NCBI GenBank assembly: GCA_951406725.2
Contig: OX597820.1
Location: 52,700,001 to 52,764,000 of the forward strand
Direction of reading: 5' to 3'
Length of the DNA: 64,000 nucleotides
Origin: Octopus vulgaris
Taxonomy: Eukaryota
Shown here: piece by piece, positions 53,110-64,000 of the stretch
Numbering within the stretch: position 1 is the first letter of the stretch
Layout of the letters: each line of letters starts with the position of its first letter
Notes under the pieces: model-generated
Told to the model about the DNA's origin: nothing
Databases searched by the model: none
The model's input: the letters and a program-made list of their open reading frames with translations, nothing else
Position numbers and translations under genes: made by a program

Positions 53110-54149
53110 TTATATACGTACTTGTATACATATATATGTATTACATGGTAACAAGACACATGGGTACTCCACGGGGTACTTTATAATTAGTCTTCGCAAA
53201 GTATTTTTTCACCAGAATGCTAACTAAATATTCATATAAATTACTCATTATATAGGTATACAACATATTCTTTAGTTATGCAGACTTACATAATGTAATA
53301 TATGATATGATATATGCGTGAGGGCGCGGCGAGGGCGTGTGTGTGTATGTGAATGTACAAAACCTAAGTATGGATGTAAATATACATGCATGCATGCACA
53401 CAAACACACAGATAAATATATGTGTGCGTGAGTGTATGTGTGTGTGTTTGATTGTGTATGAATGTATTGTGTATTCAAATGTATAATGAATATGTATATA
53501 TTTATGAATACATGTATGAGTTGCACACATACACATAAATATATGTATATTTAATGCCTATTTATGCAAAATATATATACACGTAAACTATATATATATT
53601 TTTTTATGAATATGTGTATATATAAATATATGAGTGTGTAACCATGTGTATACATGTATTTTCTTTTGTATGTAAATGAATATTTTTATTTGATATACAT
53701 TAATACAAAAAATATAATGGATATGAGCATATGCGTGTGTTTGTGTGTCTGTATGTGTGTATGTATGTATGCATGTATGTACTAACATACATTATTATAT
53801 AAGATTCAACTCACATGGGATAATAGTCTATAAATATTAATTGAATCTGTAGACGCAGAAACGCATACAATATAAAACAGATTTGCACATCTTTGTTCTC
53901 TAGTGTCATGTCGTAAGCAGTTTTTTATTCTTTTCCATTACGAACCTGAACTGACGGGCGTGTGTTTGTTTTACACGCCAGTAAAATTGTGAATTTGCAA
54001 AGATGCGGGATTTGTGGTTAACTAAAATCAAAATATATATCATAGGTATGAAATTAAATGCTGAATGCCATAAATCAAATTAACATATTTTATGATAAAT
54101 GTTATGTTATTTACTTTCTATATGAATATATTTTAATATTTATGAGCAT

Positions 54150-54830
54150 CAGTGCAGCGAGCTGGCAGACACGTTAGCACGCCGGGCGAAATGCTCAGCA
54201 CTATTTCGTCTGTCGCTATGTTCTGAGGTCGACTTGCCTTTCAACCTTTCGGGTTCGATTAAATAAGTACCAGCTACACACTGTGGTAGATATAATCGAC
54301 TTAATCCGTGTGTCTGTCCTTGTTTGTCGTCTCTGTGTTTAGTCCCCTGTGGATAGTAAAGAAATAGGTATTTCGTCGGCCGGAAAGCGGCGAGCTGGCA
54401 GAAACGTTAGCACGTCGGACGAATTACGTAGCCGTATTTCCTCTGCCGTTACGTTCTGAGTTCAAATTCCGCCGAGGTCGACTTTTCCTTTCATCCTTTC
54501 GGGGTCGATTAATTAGGTAACAGTTACGCACTGGGGTCGATGTAATCGACTTAATACTTATGCCTGTCCTTGTTTGTCCCCTCTGTGTTTAGCCCCTTGT
54601 GGGTAATAAAGAAATAGGTATTTTGTCTGCCTCTACGTTCTGAGTTCAAATTCCGCCGAGGTCGACTTTGCCTTTCATCCTTTCAGGGTTAATAAATTAA
54701 GTACCAGTTACGCACTGGGTCGATATAATCGACTTAATCCGTTTGCCTGTCCTTGTTTGTCCCCTTTGTGTGTAGCCCCTTGTGAGCAGAAAAGAAATAA
54801 GTATTGCTCTCTGTGGGCAATAAAGAAATA
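54150..54830 (+). mobile_element. SINE family B multimer under one TSD
   Basis: TSD aatatttatgagcat (54135-54149) / aatatctatgagcat (54831-54845). Junction gaaata|ggtattt at 54367 and 54617, second full head at ~54384. An older copy follows at 54848-55050. Confidence 0.9.
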
Positions 54831-55186
54831 AATATCTATGAGCATGGAAGACGGTGAACCGGCAGAGAATTTACCGTACTCCGGGAAAAATGCTTACCGG
54901 CATTTCGTCAGTTCTGAGTTCAAGTACCGATGGGGTTTGACTTTGCCTTTATCCTCTCAGATAAAATAAAATGCAGTTCTGAATTGGGATGAATGTCATC
55001 GACTAACTCTTTCCCTCAAGTTTTCTTACTCTGTGCCCACTAAATTAGTAATCAGTAATTCTAAGATTGCTCTTTGTAGGTGCTGCCTAAATTGCTTCCT
55101 CTGGAGGTAAGATATAACTCGTATAAAGACATATAAGACGTGAGCGTAGGTTTCGTGTAGAAAGAGGTAAAAAAAAAAACTGAAGT

Positions 55187-55355
55187 TACGAGGCGGTGCT
55201 GAAAAGTTTCTGCTGTGGATGGATAAAAGAAAATTCAGTAGAATCAGTTAACTATGATTTTATTCGACATAACCCCGCTCAGAATCACATACTTATTGCA
55301 GCGGTCCTTCAGTTTTTCTAAGCCCTGTAAATGAATCGGAAGGCTGGGGCTCCAG
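55187..55355 (-). mobile_element. mariner transposon 3' end (TIR plus transposase C-terminus)
   Basis: TA + cgaggcggtgctgaaaagttt mariner-type terminus. Minus strand encodes IHLQGLEKLKDRCNKYVILSG, resembling the mariner C-terminal GIxKLxxRWxKCIxxxGxY motif. Confidence 0.7.
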
Positions 55356-55546
55356 TTAGGCCTTATGCGACAGTTAGGCCTTAACTTTTCAGCACTCCCT
55401 CGCATGTGATCGAATGTAGGAGTTAATAGATGGAGTGTCTGTGAGAGAAAGTGCGATATTGTGCCATTGAAAGGTAAAGTAAGAGTGATGGGTCGCAAGA
55501 AGTTTCGCTGAGAGAAATAGGAAAGAGACACAGGGTGAAAAATAAT

Positions 55547-56340
55547 CCTTACTACTCTAGGCACACGGCCCGAAATTTGGGGGGAGGGGACCAGTCGATT
55601 AAATCGACCCTAGTGTTTCACTGGTACTTAATTTATCGACCCCGTAAGGATGAAAGGCAAAGTCAGCCCCAGTGACATTTGAACTGAGAACGTAAAGACA
55701 GGCGAAATACCGCTTAAGTATTTTGTCCGGCATGCTAATGATTCTTTTCTACTCTAGGAACAATGCCCGAAATTTGTGGGGAGGGGGCCAGTCGATTAGA
55801 TCATCCCCAGTACACAACTGGTACTTAATGTATCCATCCCGAAAGGATGAAAGGCAAAGTCGACCTCGGCAGAATCTGAACTGAGAACGTAGCGGCAGAT
55901 GAAATACCTATTTCTATTTCGTTACTATCCACAAGGGGCTAAACATAGAGTGGACAAACAAGGACAGACAAAGGGATTAAGTCGATTACATCGATCCCAG
56001 TGCGTAACTGGTACTTAATTTATCGACCCCGAAAGGATGAAAGGCAAAGTCGTCCTCGGCAGAATTTGAACTCAGAACGTAACGACAAACGAAATACCTA
56101 TTTCTTTACTACCCATAAGGGGCTAAAAACAGAGGGAACAAACAAGGACAGACAAACGGATTAAGTCGATTATATCGACCCCAGTCTGTAACTGGTACTT
56201 ATTTAATCGACCCCGAAAGGATGAAAGGCAAGGCAAAGTCGACCTCGGCAGAATTTGAACTCACAACGTAACGACAGACGAAATACGGCTACGCATTTCG
56301 CCCGGCGTGCTAACACGTTTCTGCCAGCTCGCCGCCTTAG
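55547..56340 (-). mobile_element. SINE family B tetramer (two long-tail plus two short-tail units) under one TSD
   Basis: TSD agggtgaaaaataat (55532-55546) / agggtaaaaaaataat (56341-56356). Junctions at 56098, 55908 and ~55745. Confidence 0.9.
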
Positions 56341-56706
56341 AGGGTAAAAAAATAATGGGCTGGCGACAACGGAGGGTGGGATTGATCGAATAGAGAAAGA
56401 AAGAGGATAATTGTGAAGGAATAAATAGTAAGTTAGAAGAGTTGAATGATAAAGAGAAAGAGCACGGAAATGACATAGACTGAAAAAGAAAATATGAATG
56501 TGAAGGAAGTACATATATGATAAATAATGGAGTGACACCATTGTACCTGTTGCTTTATCTATCTATACGTTCCGATATATGCGCCTCCGTGTTTATACAA
56601 TGAGTAAACTGTGACGTTGTGTGTGTGTATATATGTTTGCATAGAAATCTATATTCAGTACACAAACATTGTATGTGTCTGTGTGTGTGCACACGCCTGT
56701 ACATAC

Positions 56707-56748
<42 letters not shown>

Positions 56749-57324
56749 CTGTCTGTCTGTGTATGTATGCATGTATGAATATATAACATATACATATATC
56801 ATCCATCATGCACACAATTAAGCGTACGCATATTCACATATGCATATACGTTCCACTGTGTGTTTGTGTATTAATATAACTTTATATATATATAAATAAA
56901 ACTATATATATAACTATATATATAACTATATATATGTATATACATATATACTTTTTGTATATATGTAAAAGAGCGTATGTGTATGTATATGTGTATGTCC
57001 GGATGTGCCTATTCTTTCATTCGCCATACATACATGCATGCACCTACACACATACACACCCACACCCGAACAATCGCATTGATAAGGCTCTTAATAGAGA
57101 GCAGAATACAAGTAAAAAGGGAGTAAGTTTAGGAGAGGAAGATATAAATAAAGACTTGAACAAGAGGGTGTGGGAGACGGTTAAGAGATCATTTGTGAAG
57201 ATCTGAATTGTGGCACTTTTTAAAAGGTGGGTGTGAAAGCTTTTAGCGAGTTACGTTGTTGATTAGGTGAGGAAATATCAGGGTTAACAGAGATAGGATG
57301 GTGGGGAAGAAACAAGTAGGAACG

Positions 57325-57760
57325 CATAGTGGTGGTGGTGGTGGTGGAGGAGGTGGTGGTGGCTGCGGCGTTGGCTGCGGGAGAGGGAGTGCAGTTAGCG
57401 GGGGGAAGTTGTGGTAGTGGTGGCCATGGTGGTGGTGGCGGTGATGGTGGTCTTGGTGGAGGTTAGAGATGTGGTAATGGTTATTCCGGTAATGGCGTTG
57501 GAGAGCAGACTCCGATGTTGGTGATGGTGGCAGCGGCGCTGGTAACGGTGGCAGCGGTGGTGATAGTAATGGAGATAATGGTCGTGGTGTTGGCAACGGG
57601 GAGGAGGAGGAGGTGTTGTTTCCGTCATTGTCGTCGTCCTGCTCCTGATAATACTTCTGGTACTGGTGAGAGTGATGATACTGCTGACGGTAGTGGTGGT
57701 AACGGCAGTACAGCGACACTAGTTTTATAATGGCGATGTTGCTGATGATTGTGGACGTGG
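57325..57760. repeat. Degenerate (GGT)n low-complexity region
   Basis: Directly visible. Confidence 0.8.
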
Positions 57761-57937
57761 CGAGAGTATATTAGTGGTAATTAGAATCAGTAATATTGGT
57801 TGCGGCTATTGATGTTGGTTTTTGGTAGATAGGTCAGCTGTAATCTAGCAGAACTATGATCATCTCATCGTTTTTGTTTCCTAAGTCTATTGGTAACCAA
57901 GAGCAATGAACGCGTGGTTCTTTTTAAGACAGTGGGG

Positions 57938-58577
57938 CAGGGGTTCTCAACCGGGGTCCCTAAGGCCCTAGGATTCATATACTCTTTACTCTTTTACTTG
58001 TTTCAGTCATTTGACTGCGGCCATGCTGGAGCACCGCCTTTAGTCGAGCAAATCGACCCCGGGACTTATTCTTTGTAAGCCCAGTACTTATTCTATAGGT
58101 CTCTTTTGCCGAACCGCTAGGTGACGGGGACGTAAACACACCAGCATCGGTTGTCAAGCAATGCTAGGGGGACAAACACAGACACACAAACACACACACA
58201 TACACACAAATATACATATATACGACAGGCTTCTTTCAGTTTCCGTCTACCAAATCCACTCACAAGGCATTGGTCGGCCCGGGGCTATAGCAGAAGACAC
58301 TTGTCCAAGATGCCACGCAGTGGGACTGAACCCGGAACCATGTGGTTGGTTAGCAAGCTACTTACCACACAGCCACTCCTGTTAAAATTTATCTACAGTA
58401 AACTGATTATGCTTCAAGGATAAGCAAAATATTTTAACAGTCTTTTTAAACAATTCCTAATAATATCTACTAAAAACATAATAGGAGTTTACCAAAACGT
58501 TGAATGGCAGTAAGGGTCAAGCAAAGGAGAATAGGAATTAAAGAGGTCCTTAGGTGAGAAATGGTTGAAAAACACTG
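57938..58577. mobile_element. hAT (Charlie-like) MITE with a nested SINE
   Basis: TIRs CAGGGGTTCTCAACC (57938) and GGTTGAAAAACACTG (ends 58577). 8-bp TSD cagtgggg (57930-57937) / cagtgcgg (58578-58585). Confidence 0.85.
57981..58381 (-). mobile_element. SINE family A nested in the hAT MITE
   Basis: Near-consensus copy from ctcttttactcttttacttg to ccacacagccactcctg. Confidence 0.92.
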
Positions 58578-59147
58578 CAGTGCGGTGTGATATGAGAGAG
58601 ACTATGCAACTATTTGTACCGGATCAATTAACCACGCAAAGCACCTACGATGTGGTGATGATGTTGGTGAAAACGGAACTAGAAGTGCGCTAATAGGGTT
58701 AATAGATACGATTTTAGGAAACAGTTTCCATCTACGCATTGACCATCTTTTGTTTTATTATTTTTTTTTTCTGTTATTATTGTTGCTGCTGCTGCTGAAT
58801 TTTGTTGTTGTCAACATCGGTATCAAAGGGTGGGGCATTTTCTAGTGGAGGCGATATTTCAAGATTGCCTGTTTTCTTAAGCACTAGAACGAGTCGCCCA
58901 CCACCCTTCTATTTTTGTATTATGGCACCACCCCCACCCAATGCCTTGTTTTCTTTCTTTCCTTCTTCCTCTTATTTCTCTCTGTCGCCATCTTTGAGAG
59001 GAAATCTTTTTACACGATAAAACAAGATAAACACAACACAGAGACATCGGGTGTGACAAGTAATTATGTAAAATAACATTTTTTTTTTAATGCGCAGTTT
59101 TATGTTTGTATGCGTGTGTATGTGCGTGTGCACACATACACACACAT

Positions 59148-59240
<93 letters not shown>

Positions 59241-59242
<2 letters not shown>

Positions 59243-59508
59243 GGCGCAATGCCCCAGTGGTTAGGGCAGCGAACTCGCGGTCATTAGATCACGGTTTCGA
59301 TTCCCAAACAGGGCGTCGTGAGTGTTTATTGAGCGAAAACACCTAAAGCTCCACGAGGCTCCGGCAGGGGGTGGTGATGATCCCTGCTGTACTCTTTCGC
59401 CACGACTTAGCCAGCGGGGTGGCGTCACTTGAAGGATAAAACAATGCGAAATGCATTGTGACCAGCGATGTATGGCAACATCTGATAGCCTGGTCGGTCA
59501 CGGTAATA
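59241..59508 (+). mobile_element. SINE family C, tail type 3, in (TA)n
   Basis: Same head as 8366 and 52303; tail gccagcggggtggcgtcacttgaagg...gcctggtcggtcacggta. Confidence 0.85.
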
Positions 59509-59540
59509 ATATATATATATATTCTGTTATTCTTACACAC

Positions 59541-59862
59541 GTTTCAGTCGAAGAGATCGACCCCAGGACTTATTCTTTGTAAGCCTAGTACTTATTCTAT
59601 TCGTCTCTTTTGCCAAACACACCAACATCGGTTGTCAAGCGGTAGTGGGGGAACAAACACAGACACACACACATAAATATATATATACATATACAAATAT
59701 ATATGTATGACGGGCTTCTATCAGTTTCCGTCTACCAAAGCCGCTCACAAGGCTTTAGTCGGCCCGAGGGTATAGTAGAAGACACTTGCAGCAAATGTCA
59801 TGCAGTAGTACCAAACCCGGATCCATGTGGTTGGGAAGCAAGCTTCTTAGCACACAGCCACG
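59541..59862 (-). mobile_element. SINE family A with internal deletions
   Basis: Reverse-complement match to body and head. Confidence 0.8.
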
Positions 59863-59876
59863 TCTCTCTCTTACTC

Positions 59877-59916
<40 letters not shown>

Positions 59917-59924
59917 ACATATAT

Positions 59925-59955
<31 letters not shown>

Positions 59956-60530
59956 CATATATATATAAATATATGTGTGTGTGTACATATATATATATAC
60001 ATATATATATATATACATACATATATGTATGTATGTATGGATGTATGTGTATACATACATACACACTTAGATGTGTATGCGACCGCGTGTGCATATATTC
60101 TTTTATATGTGCACACGTGTGTGTGTGTGCATACATGGATATATACGCACACACACGCACGCACAACTGCATACTGAAATAGAAACCGGAAGAAAGAGAC
60201 AGAGAGAAGAAAAGAGAGAGAGAGGATTTGTTTGGAAAGTGAGTGTCGTGTAACGACTTTCCCTATACTACTCCTGGGACGAAAAAAGACCTTGTTCTCT
60301 GTTGAAAACTGCAATATTAATTTGTCTTACGCGAAACAGAAGTCCAATTGTTCAGGAAATAACCAGCCCGATAACACTGAATTCACTAATACTTTATTCC
60401 TGTTTATTTTAGAATCAAATGTTAGAAGGAGGAGCAACGTCGATTCACGGCGAACTTTCGTTTCGTTTCATTTCAGGATGTATCTGAACAAAAATCTAGT
60501 TATATATTCAAATGAAACGGTGCCTTTTAA

Positions 60531-60752
60531 CCCTTTTGATACCAACCCGGCCAAAACCGCCTCTGGCTCTGTAGTATAAATGTCTTGTTTTCATAAATTT
60601 TGAATTAAAATCTTCCACCAAACCTTAGTCACAATTTATGTTCCTGACACTAGCTGAATGATAACCAAGTTATTTTACTAAATTATTTGTTATATTTAAA
60701 ATTAATTGAAAGAAACACAGACCATCCCAAAATAAATATGGTAACGAAAGGG
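60531..60752. mobile_element. piggyBac-type MITE, 222 bp
   Basis: TTAA (60527-60530) then CCCTTTTGATACCA. Right end TGGTAACGAAAGGG (reverse complement CCCTTTCGTTACCA, 12/14 match), followed by degenerate ctca instead of ttaa. Confidence 0.7.
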
Positions 60753-61126
60753 CTCACTTAATCACAAATAACTGTTCCATCCCAACATATTAGTGACATT
60801 TTATTCCTCATATTAGTGACATTTTATTCCTTCTTCGTCTTTACTGAAGGCATGTTGCACACGAACTTACGGTCGCGGTTTCGATGATTGGAGAGGGCAG
60901 TAAGATTTTCGGTTCACTCGGCTATATATGAGTAGCCTGGCGACGTACTGGTGTCTCGTTCATAGGTGTGTTGTGATCGCGGTCACTTATATGCAATGGA
61001 AACCTGATATTAGGCTATGAGTTCTAGAACTCAACACAATAATGTCCAGGGAACATAGTCAGTTTTAGTAATGAGAAAAGAAAACAGCGTTTGCGTGGAT
61101 TTAATAATAATAATAATAATAATAGA

Positions 61127-61158
<32 letters not shown>

Positions 61159-61178
61159 TAATAATAATAATAATAATA

Positions 61179-61222
<44 letters not shown>

Positions 61223-61245
61223 CATTATTATTATTATTATTATTA

Positions 61246-61610
61246 TTTGATGGCAGTTCATGCCATCAAAGTGATAGTGGGGTAAAATATACGAAGCCCA
61301 ATATACCCATCATAACTACCCGTCTGATAAGGGTACACCAGGCACATGCATCACAACCATATGTGCGCGACATGGTGATCTCATATCAAGATAAACAGCA
61401 CATGACCTTGCAAGTGGGGCCCAGTTAGAATTTTCTTCAGGTTGAGTAGCCCATCCCGCTCAAAAGGTCCATGAATAAGGATTGTTTAAGGATGTTGAAA
61501 GAACCACCCATGTTTCCAGAGGTGAATTATTCAAACCCCAAAGAATCCCTCTCAACACATGGCTATGATGCTCCCCCACTACTTCTGCTCGTGATCAGAG
61601 ATGCACATAT
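61246..61610 (-). mobile_element. Truncated retroelement 3' end inserted in (TAA)n
   Basis: Complex 365-bp block flanked by (ATT)n on both sides (61178-61245 and 61611-61625). A minus-strand (TAA)n tail is inferred; the family assignment is tentative. Confidence 0.55.
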
Positions 61611-62199
61611 ATTATTATTATTATTTTAGTGTTATGTTGGGCGAGTTGACGAAGTTAAAAAAGCCATCGAAACTTTAATAAACTTCGCTATTTTTCCTCC
61701 TCTTTTCACTCGTCATATCTCATCCAAAGGGTGACGGGGGCTGCCATCTCCTATAAGGAACATTTCACTAAATTGTTATACTAACAGCCGCATCTGCAAG
61801 AGGCCATTTGGTATGTTTCATAAAACTTTTGTAAAACAGCATGTATTTATTTCATCCTCGCATAAACTCCTGGCGAGAGAGTAACATTTGCCAAAAACCT
61901 CCCTCAAATAATACCATACCATTTTCGGAATCAAAATATTGGATAGCATAACCACAGCTAGAGTACCTTTGAAATTGGGCTAAATACCAATGAAGCAACA
62001 ACAACAAAAGCATAAATATCTATGCATTGCAAAGATGGAGCCATTTACATGCTCACTTAACACTTAACCCTCTACGAAATAGGAGCCAATTCTTCAAAAG
62101 CACACGTTTTAAAAAATGGAATGAACATTTTCGATAATCTAGCCCTAGAAATATAGCGTTTGAAAATAAGAGCAAAACGCTTTGGCCTGCTCGAGCAAT

Positions 62200-62420
62200 G
62201 CTAAATTGCAGCTCATATAGTTACAAACAGTAGCAGCATTCCACAAAATAGATCTGGCTCTCCCCCCTACCGTCATACAATGCTGTGCCTCGTCATTCGC
62301 AAATCCTACTCTAAGAATATCAGAAAAGCCCCATTTACCCAGAACTGTAATAATCTGGAACGCTATTTCTTTCCACTTTCCCACTTCGGCATCAATCACA
62401 AGAAGCTGTCATGGACACAA
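62200..62420 (+). mobile_element. Highly decayed LINE ORF2 C-terminus (CR1/L2 group)
   Basis: Short motifs VAAFHKI and HLPRTVIIWNAI resemble FYKI and FFPRTIxxWNxLP. Confidence 0.4.
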
Positions 62421-62664
62421 ATTTACATCGATCTCACCAAACTAGATTTATGCGATCCACCACTTCTACACTTCGGCTGTTCGATAAACCGGTCACCTGG
62501 GAAATTCCACAGTAACAGTAGACTGATTTGGCCCATCGCTTTCGTTCTTACATACACGCAGGCGCGTGCACACACACACACACATACACACACACAAACA
62601 CATTTACATGCACATATATATAAATGTGCATATATGTGTATGTGTATCTATCTATCTATCTATA

Positions 62665-62727
<63 letters not shown>

Positions 62728-62825
62728 ATCTATCTATATGTGTGTGTGGGGGGTTGTATCTATGTAGTCATATTTATCGATCTATCTCTGTATATAAACA
62801 TATATATATGTATAAAGAAAAATGT

Positions 62826-62864
<39 letters not shown>

Positions 62865-63190
62865 CACGAAGTCCTACGTCAACTTTTTTTGTTTTTATAG
62901 TTTCTCTCTGAAAGAGTAGTAGGAAGTATTAAACAGAGAGATAGATTTGGTAGATAAATGATCGACAGAGTGGAATATGGTGAATGAATTATTGGCAGCA
63001 GTCATCCAATAGTCAGGGGAGCAGACATCGAACGTTTATGGAAGGGTGAAAATGAAATGGGAAGGAAGTATACTGAGCACAAGGAGAATTGCAAAGAAAA
63101 AAAAAAAACAGAGCAAAATAGAGTTGTAAAATAGCGAAAAGAGAATAAGGAAAAGTAATAAAAGAGTAAAAGTTTAGAGATAGAGCGAAT

Positions 63191-63262
<72 letters not shown>

Positions 63263-63397
63263 GACAGACAGACAGAGACAGAGAGACAAACAGAGAGACA
63301 AACATAGAAAAATCAAGAATAGAATTGAAGAGGGATGACAGACTTTGGGGAAGGTAGTGATGTGGATATAGAAATGTAGAAGGAGACAAGAAATATT

Positions 63398-64000
63398 GGT
63401 TTCAGATTGTGGCACGAGGTTGGCAATTTCAGGAGTGGGAGCTAGTGAATTACATCGACCCCAGTCCTCAACTTGTACTTATTTTTATAGAACTCAAAAG
63501 AATGAATGGAAGGCAAAATCGATCTTGGCGTAATTCGAACTCAGAATGTAAAGACGGACGAAATGCTGCTAAGCGGTTTGCCCGGCGCGGCAACGATTCT
63601 GCCAGCTCGCAGACTTGGAGACAAGAGATATTGGTCCTAGATTTTGGCACGAGAGCCAACAATTTCGGGCGGAGGTGGAAGCTGTTTACATCGAAACCAG
63701 TGTTTCACTGGTACTTAATTTATCGACCCTAAAAGGGATGAAAAGCAAAGTCAACCTCGGCGGAATAGGAATCCGGAATGTGAAGACGGACGAAATGCCT
63801 CTAAGCAATTTTCCCGGCGTGCTAACGATTCTTTTCTACTCTAGGCACAAGCCACGAAAATTTTGGGGGAAGGGGGGGGCGGTCGATTAGATCGACCACA
63901 TTACGCAACTGGTATTTAATTTATCAATTGAAAGTATGAAAGGCAAAGTCGACCTCAGCGGAATTTGAACTCAGAACGTAAAGACAGACGAAATACCGCT
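63398..64000 (-). mobile_element. SINE family B cluster: a monomer at the tail of a dimer that runs off the window
   Basis: TSD ggagacaagaaatatt (63382-63397) / ggagacaagagatatt (63617-63632). Junction gctaacgattcttttctactctagg near 63830 is the same type as at 55745. Confidence 0.85.

Noticed and set aside
54068-54077. Pbx-Hox composite site TGATTTATGG (minus strand)
   Set aside because: A single AT-rich 10-mer in 64 kb of AT-rich DNA is plausible by chance; noted only within the weak enhancer finding.
60787-60832. Short local tandem duplications (also 22550-22597, 25164-25210, 26551-26600)
   Set aside because: Ordinary slippage products of 9-25 bp with no further structure.

Overview
AT-rich, microsatellite-saturated eukaryotic (animal) intergenic or intronic DNA. 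The repeat families look like those I recall from Octopus/coleoid cephalopod genomes; this is recollection, not a database result. I find no supportable host protein-coding exon, rRNA, functional tRNA or CRISPR array, and almost all listed ORFs are translations of simple repeats. The window is a retroelement landscape with three abundant tRNA-derived SINE families. Family A carries an internal (TA)n(TG)n tract. Family B has ~15-bp TSDs and forms multimers. Family C has one tRNA-Arg-like head with several different tails. There are also decayed autonomous-element remnants (Penelope-like GIY-YIG, RTE C2H2 finger, CR1-group ORF2, mariner), well-defined non-autonomous DNA elements (Helitron, hAT MITE, piggyBac MITE), a probable solo LTR, and fold-back elements with hammerhead-like motifs inside (TA)n runs. 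The most unusual signal is in family B: 3-4-unit multimers bounded by ONE target-site duplication, with the same nucleotide-exact junctions recurring at separate loci. This suggests a multimer-generating retrotransposition route (template jumping, circular RNA template or multimeric master copy), which is inference.
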